A DNA stretch of 64,000 nucleotides from Deltaproteobacteria bacterium (GCA_022340465.1 JAJDNW010000033.1:44213-108212); one strand, 5' to 3'. Counted from the first letter of the stretch, positions 1 to 10,377 are shown. The notes: a model not told the origin generated them from the letters alone. Numbers and translations: made by a program.

Positions 1-1
1 A

Positions 2-685
2 GCGGATTTTCACACGGTCAAGCTTGCCAATGGGGATCAATTCCATACCTGCAGCATTATTATGGCCATGGGCGGCAACCCCAGAAAGCTGCAAATCCCG
101 GGGGAAGACGAGTACTACGGCAAAGGCGTTTCCTACTGTGCCGTCTGTGACGGCTTCTTCTTCAGAGACAAGACGGTGCTCGTTGTCGGGGGCGGCGACA
201 CCGCCGCGGAAGAAGCCCTTTACCTGTCGAAACTGGCCAAAAAGGTATATATCGCCCACCGGCGGGATGCGCTTCGGGCCGGTATGATCCTGCAGCAGCG
301 CATCTTCGACGATTGTAAGATCGAGATGCTCTGGAACACCGTCCCCACGGAAATCAAGGCGGGCGTCGATGGGGTCGACCACGTGGTGCTGCAGGATACC
401 GTGGATGGCAATAAAAGGGATCTGTCCGTGGACGGTGTCTTCATTTTCATCGGATTCGAACCCAACAATCAGCTGGTTCCCGCCGGGGTGAAAATGACCG
501 CAGACGGGTATGTGGCGACGGATGAAAAGTGTGAGACCAGCATTCCCGGCATCTTTGCCATCGGTGATCTCATGGAAAAATATGCCCGCCAGATCATCAC
601 CGCCGCTGCGGACGGCTGTACGGCGGCCCTGGCCGCGGCGCACTATGTGGAAGCCAAAAAATCACTGGACGAATGCACGTTGTAA
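2..685 (+). CDS. trxB: thioredoxin-disulfide reductase, C-terminal ~227 aa (5' end upstream of window)
   Basis: Frame is open from the window edge (ADFHTVKLANGDQF precedes the first Met at 62). Redox-active CAVCDG motif, VVGGGDTAAEEA NADPH glycine motif, C-terminal FAIGD FAD motif. Confidence 0.9.
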   Translation, partial: ADFHTVKLANGDQFHTCSIIMAMGGNPRKLQIPGEDEYYGKGVSYCAVCDGFFFRDKTVLVVGGGDTAAEEALYLSKLAKKVYIAHRRDALRAGMILQQRIFDDCKIEMLWNTVPTEIKAGVDGVDHVVLQDTVDGNKRDLSVDGVFIFIGFEPNNQLVPAGVKMTADGYVATDEKCETSIPGIFAIGDLMEKYARQIITAAADGCTAALAAAHYVEAKKSLDECTL

Positions 686-690
686 AAAAA

Positions 691-722
691 GCAGGGCAAC
701 GCCCCGCGTTGCCCTGCTTTTC
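691..722 (+). terminator. rho-independent terminator after trxB
   Basis: Perfect 11-bp stem GCAGGGCAACG/CGTTGCCCTGC (691-701/707-717), 5-nt loop, then TTTT. Starts 6 nt after the stop codon. Confidence 0.75.
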
Positions 723-1095
723 GATCCGAGAAGGCTTCTCTTAAAGTGCCGTTATTTGCTTCGGCGCCATCTCTTCTTTTTATTTGCAGATGCCCGAAAG
801 TAAAGATGCACGCACACCCGAGAAGCCGCTCTACATGCCGCCCCCCCTCCTTTTGCCGGTATCGCCCGTGAAATCGATGGGGAAGCGTCGCCCGGTTCTC
901 CTTTTTCCTGATTGAAACCGATGGCTTTTATGAATTACTGCCTTACAAGTTTCATGCCACATTCAACAACTTTATAAACATATCCTTTTTTATCATGTTG
1001 TTAGAAAAGATCTCCTCAGATACAACGTTCGCGAAAGTGACAAATATTGTCACGTCGACAGCCCGAAATTGTCACCTTGCCACGGCAATCGCGGA

Positions 1096-2205
1096 CTATA
1101 TTTCCACTAGCCGGTAATCCCTGCTGCCCAAATTCAGCTGCCGGGCGTATTCCAGCTGAAGTGTCCAATCGACCTTCGGGTAGAGGGCGTTGAACTTATC
1201 CCCGCCGGCTTCCCGCCCCTCTTTTAAACAGGATCCCGCCAGAGCCGGCTCGGCATTGACCAGGTCGACGGACGCCTGATCGATGGCCACCGGATCCCGT
1301 GAAGCCAGAATGCCGATGTTTCTAACGATCGGTGCATCGCTCACGGGCAGGCAGTCACAGGCTGGCGAAACGTCCGTGATAAAATTCACAAACAGGGCCT
1401 TGCCCTGCTTATTGTGCAGCACACCTTGCACGTATTCGACCATTTTTTCCATGAAATCCGGGATGGATTTGCTCCAGCGCACCTGGATAGCCTCCTGCGC
1501 GCACATAAGAATGCACTCGCCACAGCCGATGCAGGCGTCTTCATCGATTACCGCCTTGTTTTCCGCATTGATGGAAATGGCCCCCTGGGAACAGTGGTTG
1601 ACACACGCCTTGCACCCGATGCACCGCTTGTGCTTGACCTTGGGGGCGATGCCGGAGTGCTGCTCCAGCTTTCCGTGGCGCGATGCCGACCCCATGCCGA
1701 CATTTTTCAGGGTGCCGCCGAAACCGCTCAATTCATGCCCCTTGAAATGCGCAATGGACACCAGTGCATCGGCATTGACGATATCCGAACCGATATAGAC
1801 CGTATCAAAGTGCTTGCCTGCGATCTCCACGCCGGTCTGGCTCCGCCCCCGCAGCCCATCGGCGATAATGATGGGGGCGCCCACGACGGTGTAGGCAAAT
1901 CCGTTTTTCATGGCGGTTTCGATGTGTTCGACGGAATTGCCCCGGGCCCCGGCATACAGCGTATTGGCATCCGTCAAGAACGCCGTTGCCCCGGTTTTTT
2001 TGATTGCTTTTACGATTTCACGCACATACAGGGGACGCACGAAAGCGCTGTTGCCCATTTCGCCGAAATGTATCTTCACGGCAGTCAAATCCCTCTTGCT
2101 CAGTACATCCGCCAGGCCGGCGCTGCTCACCAGTTTTTCCAGTTTTTCAAAGAAGGGCTCCTTCATGGATGCCCTGAAATTGATAAAAAAGACGTCGCTC
2201 GGCAT
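1096..2205 (-). CDS. DUF362-type protein with embedded 2x[4Fe-4S] ferredoxin domain
   Basis: 369-aa ORF. Cluster motifs CIGCKACVNHC and CIGCGECILMC inside a DUF362-like frame (KIHFGEMGN, TDANTLY). SD GGGAGGA just upstream of ATG 2205. Confidence 0.8.
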   Translation of the reverse strand: MPSDVFFINFRASMKEPFFEKLEKLVSSAGLADVLSKRDLTAVKIHFGEMGNSAFVRPLYVREIVKAIKKTGATAFLTDANTLYAGARGNSVEHIETAMKNGFAYTVVGAPIIIADGLRGRSQTGVEIAGKHFDTVYIGSDIVNADALVSIAHFKGHELSGFGGTLKNVGMGSASRHGKLEQHSGIAPKVKHKRCIGCKACVNHCSQGAISINAENKAVIDEDACIGCGECILMCAQEAIQVRWSKSIPDFMEKMVEYVQGVLHNKQGKALFVNFITDVSPACDCLPVSDAPIVRNIGILASRDPVAIDQASVDLVNAEPALAGSCLKEGREAGGDKFNALYPKVDWTLQLEYARQLNLGSRDYRLVEI

Positions 2206-2218
2206 ATTGTCCTCCCAT

Positions 2219-2322
2219 ACCGGTTGTCATGATTATGTTCCGAATGAAACCCGCTAAATAGGCCGTCCCTGAGATTTTCAAGGCGGCATATCATTAATAT
2301 GCCGCATGGCTTTCACAGTGCC
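2219..2322 (-). promoter_or_regulatory. conserved promoter/leader module, copy A (upstream of DUF362 gene)
   Basis: Shares long identical blocks with 30462-30535 and 38364-38470 (TAATGATATGCCGC, TTGAAA, ATCAGGGACG, CGGAACA..ATGAC). Contains the palindrome GCGGCATAT-CATTA-ATATGCCGC at 2283-2305. Confidence 0.6.
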
Positions 2323-3106
2323 CAGCCGGATAGATGATGATTCCAACACCTTAATCTTTAAAAACCTTTTGCCATCCAAACCGACCCCTGATAAAGCATG
2401 CCGCATGCCCCATCAACCATCCCGTGAACTTGAACGCCGCCTGGCGGCACTCGACCGGATTTACGCCATTTTCGATAAATTCATTGCCTCGTATGACCTG
2501 GCCTGTCGATCTGCGTGCGCCACGTGCTGCACCGCCAACATGACGCTGACGACCCTTGAAGGGTACCGCATTGTCTCCCGCATGAACATCCGGGAAAGGA
2601 AGCGTTTGGTGGACCATATGAAAACCGCCGGCGGATCGCCGCGGTTTCAACCGCGTCTGTCCATCAACACCATCGCCAAACGGTGTCGGGATGGAAAGCC
2701 GATACCGGATGAAACGCCGGACCCGTCATGGGGCAAGTGCCTTTTATTGGCCGGCGACCTCTGCTCCATGTATGCCTTGCGGCCCTTCGGGTGCCGCTGC
2801 ATGGTATCCCGCACAAACTGCCGACAGACCGGTTACGCCGACATGGACGATTTCATTCTGACGGTAAACAACCTGTTTATGCAGACGATCGAACACATGG
2901 ACCCGTACGGCGGCACCGGCAATCTTATCGATATCCTTTTGTACTTTTTTCGTCCGGAAAACCTCGAAACCTACCGGCACACAATGAAGGTCCTTGACGT
3001 GAACGGCCTTGCACCCAACCGCCCCATCCCGGTGCTGATGGTGCCGCCTGAGCACGGGCAACGCGTGGAACGGATATTGGAAAAACTGCGCAAAGCGACC
3101 GCCTAG
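2306..3106 (+). CDS. YkgJ/UPF0153-type cysteine-cluster (Zn/Fe-chelating) protein, paralog 1
   Basis: N-terminal CRSACATCC (CxxCxxCC) and C-terminal GKCLLLAGDLCSMYALRPFGCRC motifs. The start may instead be ATG 2405 (MPHQPSRELE), because ATG 2306 lies inside the conserved module. Confidence 0.6.
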   Translation: MAFTVPSRIDDDSNTLIFKNLLPSKPTPDKACRMPHQPSRELERRLAALDRIYAIFDKFIASYDLACRSACATCCTANMTLTTLEGYRIVSRMNIRERKRLVDHMKTAGGSPRFQPRLSINTIAKRCRDGKPIPDETPDPSWGKCLLLAGDLCSMYALRPFGCRCMVSRTNCRQTGYADMDDFILTVNNLFMQTIEHMDPYGGTGNLIDILLYFFRPENLETYRHTMKVLDVNGLAPNRPIPVLMVPPEHGQRVERILEKLRKATA

Positions 3107-3107
3107 C

Positions 3108-3962
3108 TCAGCCGTCGAACAGCCTCATGGCATTTCCCCCGCCGATTTGCTCTATCTCCTCACGGCTCAGCCCGGCAGCTTCCAACTCCTGGAAATAGCG
3201 CTTCGGTTTGATCAGGGGATAGTCCGTTCCCAGCAGGATTTTATCGAGGCCGGCCATCTCGATGGCCAGGCGGTAAATACGCGGGTCGTAAAGAAAAGGC
3301 GATGCCGCCGTGTCGTAGTAAACATTGTGCAGCACCTCCTTGACCTCTTTCTTGAGGACGCTGTAGAAAAAAATCCCTCCGCCCCAGTGGGCCAGCACGA
3401 TCTTGTTTTCCGGAAAACGCCTGATCAGGTCATAGATCTGCAAAAGCGTATTTTCGGTCTTGCCGGGGTACTGATGCCCCACGGGTTCATTGGTGTGGAT
3501 CAATACCGGCACATCCCGCTCCAGGCAAAGTTCCATCACCGGCGTCATGCTGTCTACCATGACACACTCGATTCCCGAACGATAAAATGCCAGTTCACCC
3601 ACGCCACACAGGCCGTTGTCCAGGCAGCGCTCCACCTCGGAAACGGCTGTGCCGTCGCACGGGTCCAGGCAGCAGAATCCCTTGAGCCGTTCGGGGTACT
3701 TGGCCGCGGCCGCGATGATGTAGTCGTTGTGCTGTTTCGCGATCTCCGTGTTCTGCCAGGGAAAGCCGAACACGACCGATACGTCCACCCCCTGCTCGTC
3801 CATGGTGGCGACGATGTCGTCCGCGCCGACCATGCGGGACTTGGGTGATGCATACAGCAGTTCAAAGGCAGGCTCCCCGGAAAAATAACGTTCCCGGCTT
3901 TCCCTGATATGTTTTGGAAACAAATGGGTATGAAAATCGACGACAACCTTTTTCGCATGCAT
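3108..3962 (-). CDS. amidohydrolase-2 family metal-dependent hydrolase
   Basis: 284-aa ORF. N-terminal VDFHTHLF metal-binding HxH motif, TIM-barrel hydrolase-like layout, late GTDYP motif. Confidence 0.75.
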   Translation of the reverse strand: MHAKKVVVDFHTHLFPKHIRESRERYFSGEPAFELLYASPKSRMVGADDIVATMDEQGVDVSVVFGFPWQNTEIAKQHNDYIIAAAAKYPERLKGFCCLDPCDGTAVSEVERCLDNGLCGVGELAFYRSGIECVMVDSMTPVMELCLERDVPVLIHTNEPVGHQYPGKTENTLLQIYDLIRRFPENKIVLAHWGGGIFFYSVLKKEVKEVLHNVYYDTAASPFLYDPRIYRLAIEMAGLDKILLGTDYPLIKPKRYFQELEAAGLSREEIEQIGGGNAMRLFDG

Positions 3963-4021
3963 TCTAAAAACCCCCGCCGGTTCGTTCTTTTCGTTGCACC
4001 GGCACCGTTTAAATCAACCAG

Positions 4022-4080
4022 ATAGAATCCGTTGAAAAACTGTTTGTTTTAATCATTCTTAAAATTGGAAGCGCTCACCG
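4022..4080. repeat. conserved intergenic block D, copy 1
   Basis: Gapless alignment with 45285-45343: ATAGAATCC, TTGAAAA and ATCATTCTTAAAATT are identical, and roughly three quarters of the 59 positions match. Both copies sit in divergent promoter regions. Confidence 0.55.
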
Positions 4081-4246
4081 TAGGGGATATAAACCGTCAC
4101 TCTTAACAATGCAAACAGTATCGATGATTTTCCGTGCCCGGTTCGTATGCTAATGTCTGACGCAGTGTCTATTGTTGACCTGTCGGCCAATTCGTTATAA
4201 TCAGTTACATGAAAACGTATGATATATTGTTTCCAATGGAGGTATT

Positions 4247-4795
4247 ATGTATTTTGACAATCCCGGCAAAGAAAATACCGAACAGACGCTGTCGCAGGCC
4301 TGCGCCCGCGCCAGGGAACTGGGTCTCAACGAGGTGGTTCTGGCCACGTCAAAAGGGGACACCGCCTATAAAGCCCTCGAGATTTTCAAAGGGTTCTCCA
4401 TCGTTGCCGTCACCTACCACTGCGGCTTCAGAAAACCCTTCACACCCGTCATGGACCCAGCCGTGCGGGAGGATTTGAAACAAAAAGGCGTCAAGGTGGT
4501 GTCCGCCACCCATGCCCTTTCCGGTGTGGAAAGATCCTTTTTCAACAAATTTTCAGGCCCCTATCCGATTCTGATCGTCGCCGACACCCTGCGCCTTTTT
4601 GGCCAGGGCACCAAGGTGGCCGTGGAAGTCTCCATCATGGCCGCCGATGCCGGGGCCCTGACCGGAAACGACATCGTCGCCATTGGCGGTACCGGCCGGG
4701 GCGCCGATGCGGCCCTGATTCTCAAGCCGGCCCACCAAACGGGCCTGTTCGACCTCCGCATCCGCGAAATCGTCTGCAAGCCCAGAAATTTTTAA
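4247..4795 (+). CDS. pyruvate kinase C-terminal (alpha/beta) domain-like protein
   Basis: 182-aa ORF. MYFDNPGKENTEQTL start and IAIGGTGRGADAALIL segment resemble the stand-alone PK_C-like family as I recall it. Call is from recall, not a search. Confidence 0.5.
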   Translation: MYFDNPGKENTEQTLSQACARARELGLNEVVLATSKGDTAYKALEIFKGFSIVAVTYHCGFRKPFTPVMDPAVREDLKQKGVKVVSATHALSGVERSFFNKFSGPYPILIVADTLRLFGQGTKVAVEVSIMAADAGALTGNDIVAIGGTGRGADAALILKPAHQTGLFDLRIREIVCKPRNF

Positions 4796-4869
4796 AATAA
4801 TTTTCAATGCCCAAAATACACACCATGCATTAAAGTTTCCTATAAAAAAGGGTCGATCACTTCAATGGT

Positions 4870-5400
4870 ATGATGTCCGAAAATTATTTTTATGAAAGGC
4901 ATATTGTCCTGGTATCACCGGAGATCCATTGGAACACCGGCAACATCGGCCGCACCTGCCTGGGAGCCGGGGCCACCCTCCACCTGATCGAACCGCTTGG
5001 CTTTTCTCTGGACAACAAGCAGGTGAAACGGGCCGGCCTGGACTACTGGAAGCATGTCGATCTCCACACCTGGCCTGCGTTCGATGCGTTCATGGAAGCC
5101 GTCACGCCGGGTCCGGAGGAGATTTGCCTCTTCACAAAAAAAGGGTCCCGCCCCTACTGGGACCTACCGCCGTTGGAGCGCCTGTTTCTTGTTTTCGGAT
5201 CTGAAACCAGGGGATTGCCTTTGGACATTCTGACACGCTTTTCCCAGGCCGATTTCTACATCCCCATGACCGGCGACATCCGTTCGCTCAACCTTTCCAC
5301 CGCCGTGGGCATCGCTTTGTACGAATCCCTGAAAGGCACACGGGCGACCACAGCTACCCATAATGTAGGCGGCGATGGTGGTTTGTTGTCTGCGACGTGA
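4870..5400 (+). CDS. trmL: tRNA 2'-O-methyltransferase, TrmL/SpoU class
   Basis: HIVLVSPEIHWNTGNIGRTCLG, GFSLDNKQVKRAGLDYW and LVFGSETRGLP, NLSTAVGIALYE SPOUT motifs. About 20-aa C-terminal extension. Confidence 0.8.
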   Translation: MMSENYFYERHIVLVSPEIHWNTGNIGRTCLGAGATLHLIEPLGFSLDNKQVKRAGLDYWKHVDLHTWPAFDAFMEAVTPGPEEICLFTKKGSRPYWDLPPLERLFLVFGSETRGLPLDILTRFSQADFYIPMTGDIRSLNLSTAVGIALYESLKGTRATTATHNVGGDGGLLSAT

Positions 5401-5538
5401 CCGGCAGTGCCTGCCCCGGCAGGTTTCAGGCGGGCGGTAAACCGGAACTGCGTGGCCGCTGCAACCGCTGAAAAAGGCGTTGCGTTTTGCCTTCATCTGC
5501 GGTGATAAAAAAATCTCATCCCCTTGTAGCTTTCCGAT

Positions 5539-5566
5539 TTGACACAGGAAAACCTGTGTTTATATT
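5539..5566 (+). promoter_or_regulatory. sigma70-like promoter of clpB with embedded inverted repeat
   Basis: TTGACA (5539-5544), 16-nt spacer, TATATT (5561-5566). The spacer holds the perfect inverted repeat ACACAGG-AAAA-CCTGTGT (5542-5559). Confidence 0.45.
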
Positions 5567-5619
5567 CTTGTTACAAAATAGGTCACATTACTAATAATGT
5601 ATAAATGGAGGAAGTAATT

Positions 5620-8214
<2,595 letters not shown>

Positions 8215-8328
8215 AGGAATACTATCAAACGATACATATCGCTTTATACCGGTTCAACAGCATTACAGACATTCAAGTCACCGGCTGCGTTGACTTCGGT
8301 CAACATTCTGGAATCTTTAAGCTATCTG

Positions 8329-8405
8329 TCCCGAAAACATGCAAGACGTAACAGGCGAAACACATATATTTCGTGACGTCTTCCTTGTGTGTTTTCGGGA
8401 TTTTT
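8329..8405 (+). terminator. long three-segment hairpin plus T-run downstream of clpB
   Basis: TCCCGAAAAC (8329-8338) pairs with GTTTTCGGGA (8391-8400). Inner pairs are AAGACGT/ACGTCTT and CGAAA/TTTCG. Followed by TTTTT (8401-8405). Confidence 0.5.
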
Positions 8406-8490
8406 CGTGAAAATTGGTTGTAATCTTCCTAAACACGTCATAGTCTATCAGATTCATACGGCTAAACGCTTTTAGCTCATCGCCATGTTA

Positions 8491-8586
8491 ATAGCGTTTG
8501 GTGTAAAGTATATTTTGCAGATCGTTTTCATCATTCAATCGCTCGCGGGAGCATTTATTACGAAATGTTGTTTTTCCAAACGCTAT
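8491..8586. promoter_or_regulatory. inverted repeat ATAGCGTTTGG ... CCAAACGCTAT upstream of DHH gene
   Basis: 11-bp perfect arms at 8491-8501 and 8576-8586. The right arm runs into TATAAT (8584-8589). The same motif recurs at 58865-58958. Confidence 0.4.
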
Positions 8587-8704
8587 AATCATTTAGAAAT
8601 TTTCATTTTCCCGACCTCGAAAACCATTCTGCCTAAGCCATGGAGTTGGAACCCGGAAAGAGTTGCATCCAAAAGATTTTGAAAATTTCTCGGGGGCGGA
8701 TTGC

Positions 8705-9712
8705 ATGAAATTGACCGTTAAAGAAAAGCTGAATCGATTCTACGAACAATTCTCCGGTGAAGATCGCGTGCTGATCCTGATCAGTGCGGATCCGGACGCC
8801 ATTGCCAGCGCCATGGCGGTTAAACGCCTGTTGTGGCGTCGGGTTCAGGCGGTGACCATCTGCAACATCAACACCATCGACAGACCCGACAACATCGCCC
8901 TGGTGGAACGCCTGGGGGTGAAGCTGGTCTACAAAGATGACATGGAATGCGACCGATACACCAAAACGATTCTGGTCGATTCCCAACCCGGCCACAATGA
9001 TTATTTCCAAAAATACCAATTTGATGTGGTCATCGACCACCACCCCGACACCAATTGCCAAGCGACCTTCCGAGATATTCGCCCCAAGTATGGTGCCACC
9101 GCCACCATTCTCACCGCTTACCTGCGGGCCGCAAAAATCAAGCCGTCGACAAAACTGGCCACGGCGCTTATCCTGGGCATCAAGACCGACACGAGCAATT
9201 TCGAACTGCAAACCATCTTCGAAGATGTGCGCGCCTTTCAATACCTGTTCAGGCATGCCAACAAGCATCTTATTCGCACGATCGAGCAGTCCGACCTCAA
9301 ACCCGAATACCTGAAATATTATAAAAAAGCCGTCGATATCAAGCGAATGCGAAAAAGTCGGGTCTATGTTTCTCTTGGACCGGTGATCAATCCGGACATC
9401 TGCGTGTTGATCGCCGATTTTTTCCTGCGCGTCAATTCCATCAAGTGGAGCATCGTCTGCGGATTTCACCAGCGTAAGATGATCATCATCTTTCGCAACG
9501 ACGGCATCAGGAAGAATGCCGGCAAAGTTGCAGAAGCAGGGTTCGGCGACTTCGGCTCGGCCGGTGGCCGCAAGAGCATGGCACGTGCGGAGATCCCCTT
9601 GTCCGAGTTGAAGCCGAGAGTGGACTACAAGGACGACAAGAAACTAATCCTCTGGATGATCAACCGTGTTGAAAAAAGGGTCAAAACGTCAGACGCGGAG
9701 AAAAGCAGTTGA
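8705..9712 (+). CDS. DHH/DHHA1 family phosphoesterase (NrnA-like)
   Basis: LILISADPDAIAS, VVIDHHP (DHH motif) and GSAGGRKSMA (DHHA1 GGGH-like). ATG 8705 is preferred over TTG 8663 (G-rich SD-like CGGGGGCGGA upstream). Confidence 0.8.
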   Translation: MKLTVKEKLNRFYEQFSGEDRVLILISADPDAIASAMAVKRLLWRRVQAVTICNINTIDRPDNIALVERLGVKLVYKDDMECDRYTKTILVDSQPGHNDYFQKYQFDVVIDHHPDTNCQATFRDIRPKYGATATILTAYLRAAKIKPSTKLATALILGIKTDTSNFELQTIFEDVRAFQYLFRHANKHLIRTIEQSDLKPEYLKYYKKAVDIKRMRKSRVYVSLGPVINPDICVLIADFFLRVNSIKWSIVCGFHQRKMIIIFRNDGIRKNAGKVAEAGFGDFGSAGGRKSMARAEIPLSELKPRVDYKDDKKLILWMINRVEKRVKTSDAEKSS

Positions 9713-10377
9713 AATACTATCCCGTTTTTTTGGACATACATGACAGAAACTGCCTGGTGGTCGGCGGCGGATCCGTTGGAACACGCAAAGCCCTGTCGCT
9801 GGTGGAAAGCGGCGCCAACGTAACGGTGGTCAGCCCGGCGGCAACGGACAAACTGGAATCGATGGCCGGCCAGGGCCGCCTTACCCTGAAAAAGAGAGCC
9901 TATCGCTCCTCCGATCTCGAGGGCATGTTCATGGTGTTCGGCGCCACCGACCGGGAGCCATTGAACCGACAAATCAACCGGGATGCCGAAAGCCGGAACC
10001 TGATGTGCAACATTGCCGACAGACCGGACGTCTGTAACTTTATCCTTCCCGCCACCGTAAAACGCGGTGATCTCGTCATCGCCATATCAACGTCCGGCGC
10101 GAGCCCGGCTTTTGCGAAAAAGCTGCGCCTGGACCTAGAGAAGCAGTTCGGTGAGGAGTATGCAACCTTTTTGAAACTCATGGACGGCATTAGATCGCGG
10201 TTGCTCAAAGAAAAGCATGCGCCCGAGGAACACAAACCGGTTTTCAATCAAATCATCCGAAGCGGCATTGTCGATCATTTACGGGAGGGTAAAAAGGAAG
10301 CGATTGACAGGCTTCTTCAAGATATCCTCGGAGATGGCTTTACCGTTGACAACCTGATGGGCATTGACCATGAATAG
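9709..10377 (+). CDS. precorrin-2 dehydrogenase / sirohydrochlorin ferrochelatase (siroheme synthase N-terminal-domain type)
   Basis: MKYYPVFLDIHDRNCLVVGGGSVGTRK Rossmann start. TTG start overlaps the upstream stop (TTGA). Confidence 0.8.
   Translation: MKYYPVFLDIHDRNCLVVGGGSVGTRKALSLVESGANVTVVSPAATDKLESMAGQGRLTLKKRAYRSSDLEGMFMVFGATDREPLNRQINRDAESRNLMCNIADRPDVCNFILPATVKRGDLVIAISTSGASPAFAKKLRLDLEKQFGEEYATFLKLMDGIRSRLLKEKHAPEEHKPVFNQIIRSGIVDHLREGKKEAIDRLLQDILGDGFTVDNLMGIDHE

Noticed and set aside
1037-1053. GTGACAA-ATA-TTGTCAC as a CRP/FNR-family site
   Set aside because: The half-site spacing (GTGA-N9-TCAC) does not fit TGTGA-N6-TCACA or TTGAT-N4-ATCAA.
2219-2322. Reading the conserved module as a sigma54 promoter (GG..GC in CGGAACAGACTTATGGCA)
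   Set aside because: Spacing between GG and GC is 14 nt instead of 12. The GC is absent in copies A and C (ATGAC), and there is no TTGC -12 element.
5542-5559. clpB inverted repeat as CIRCE (HrcA) or HAIR (HspR) element
   Set aside because: The sequence ACACAGG-N4-CCTGTGT matches neither consensus in sequence nor in spacing.
8485-8682. 65-aa ORF in the clpB-DHH intergenic region
   Set aside because: It is AT-rich, has no SD, has an odd composition, and coincides with the inverted-repeat motifs. It is more likely regulatory DNA.
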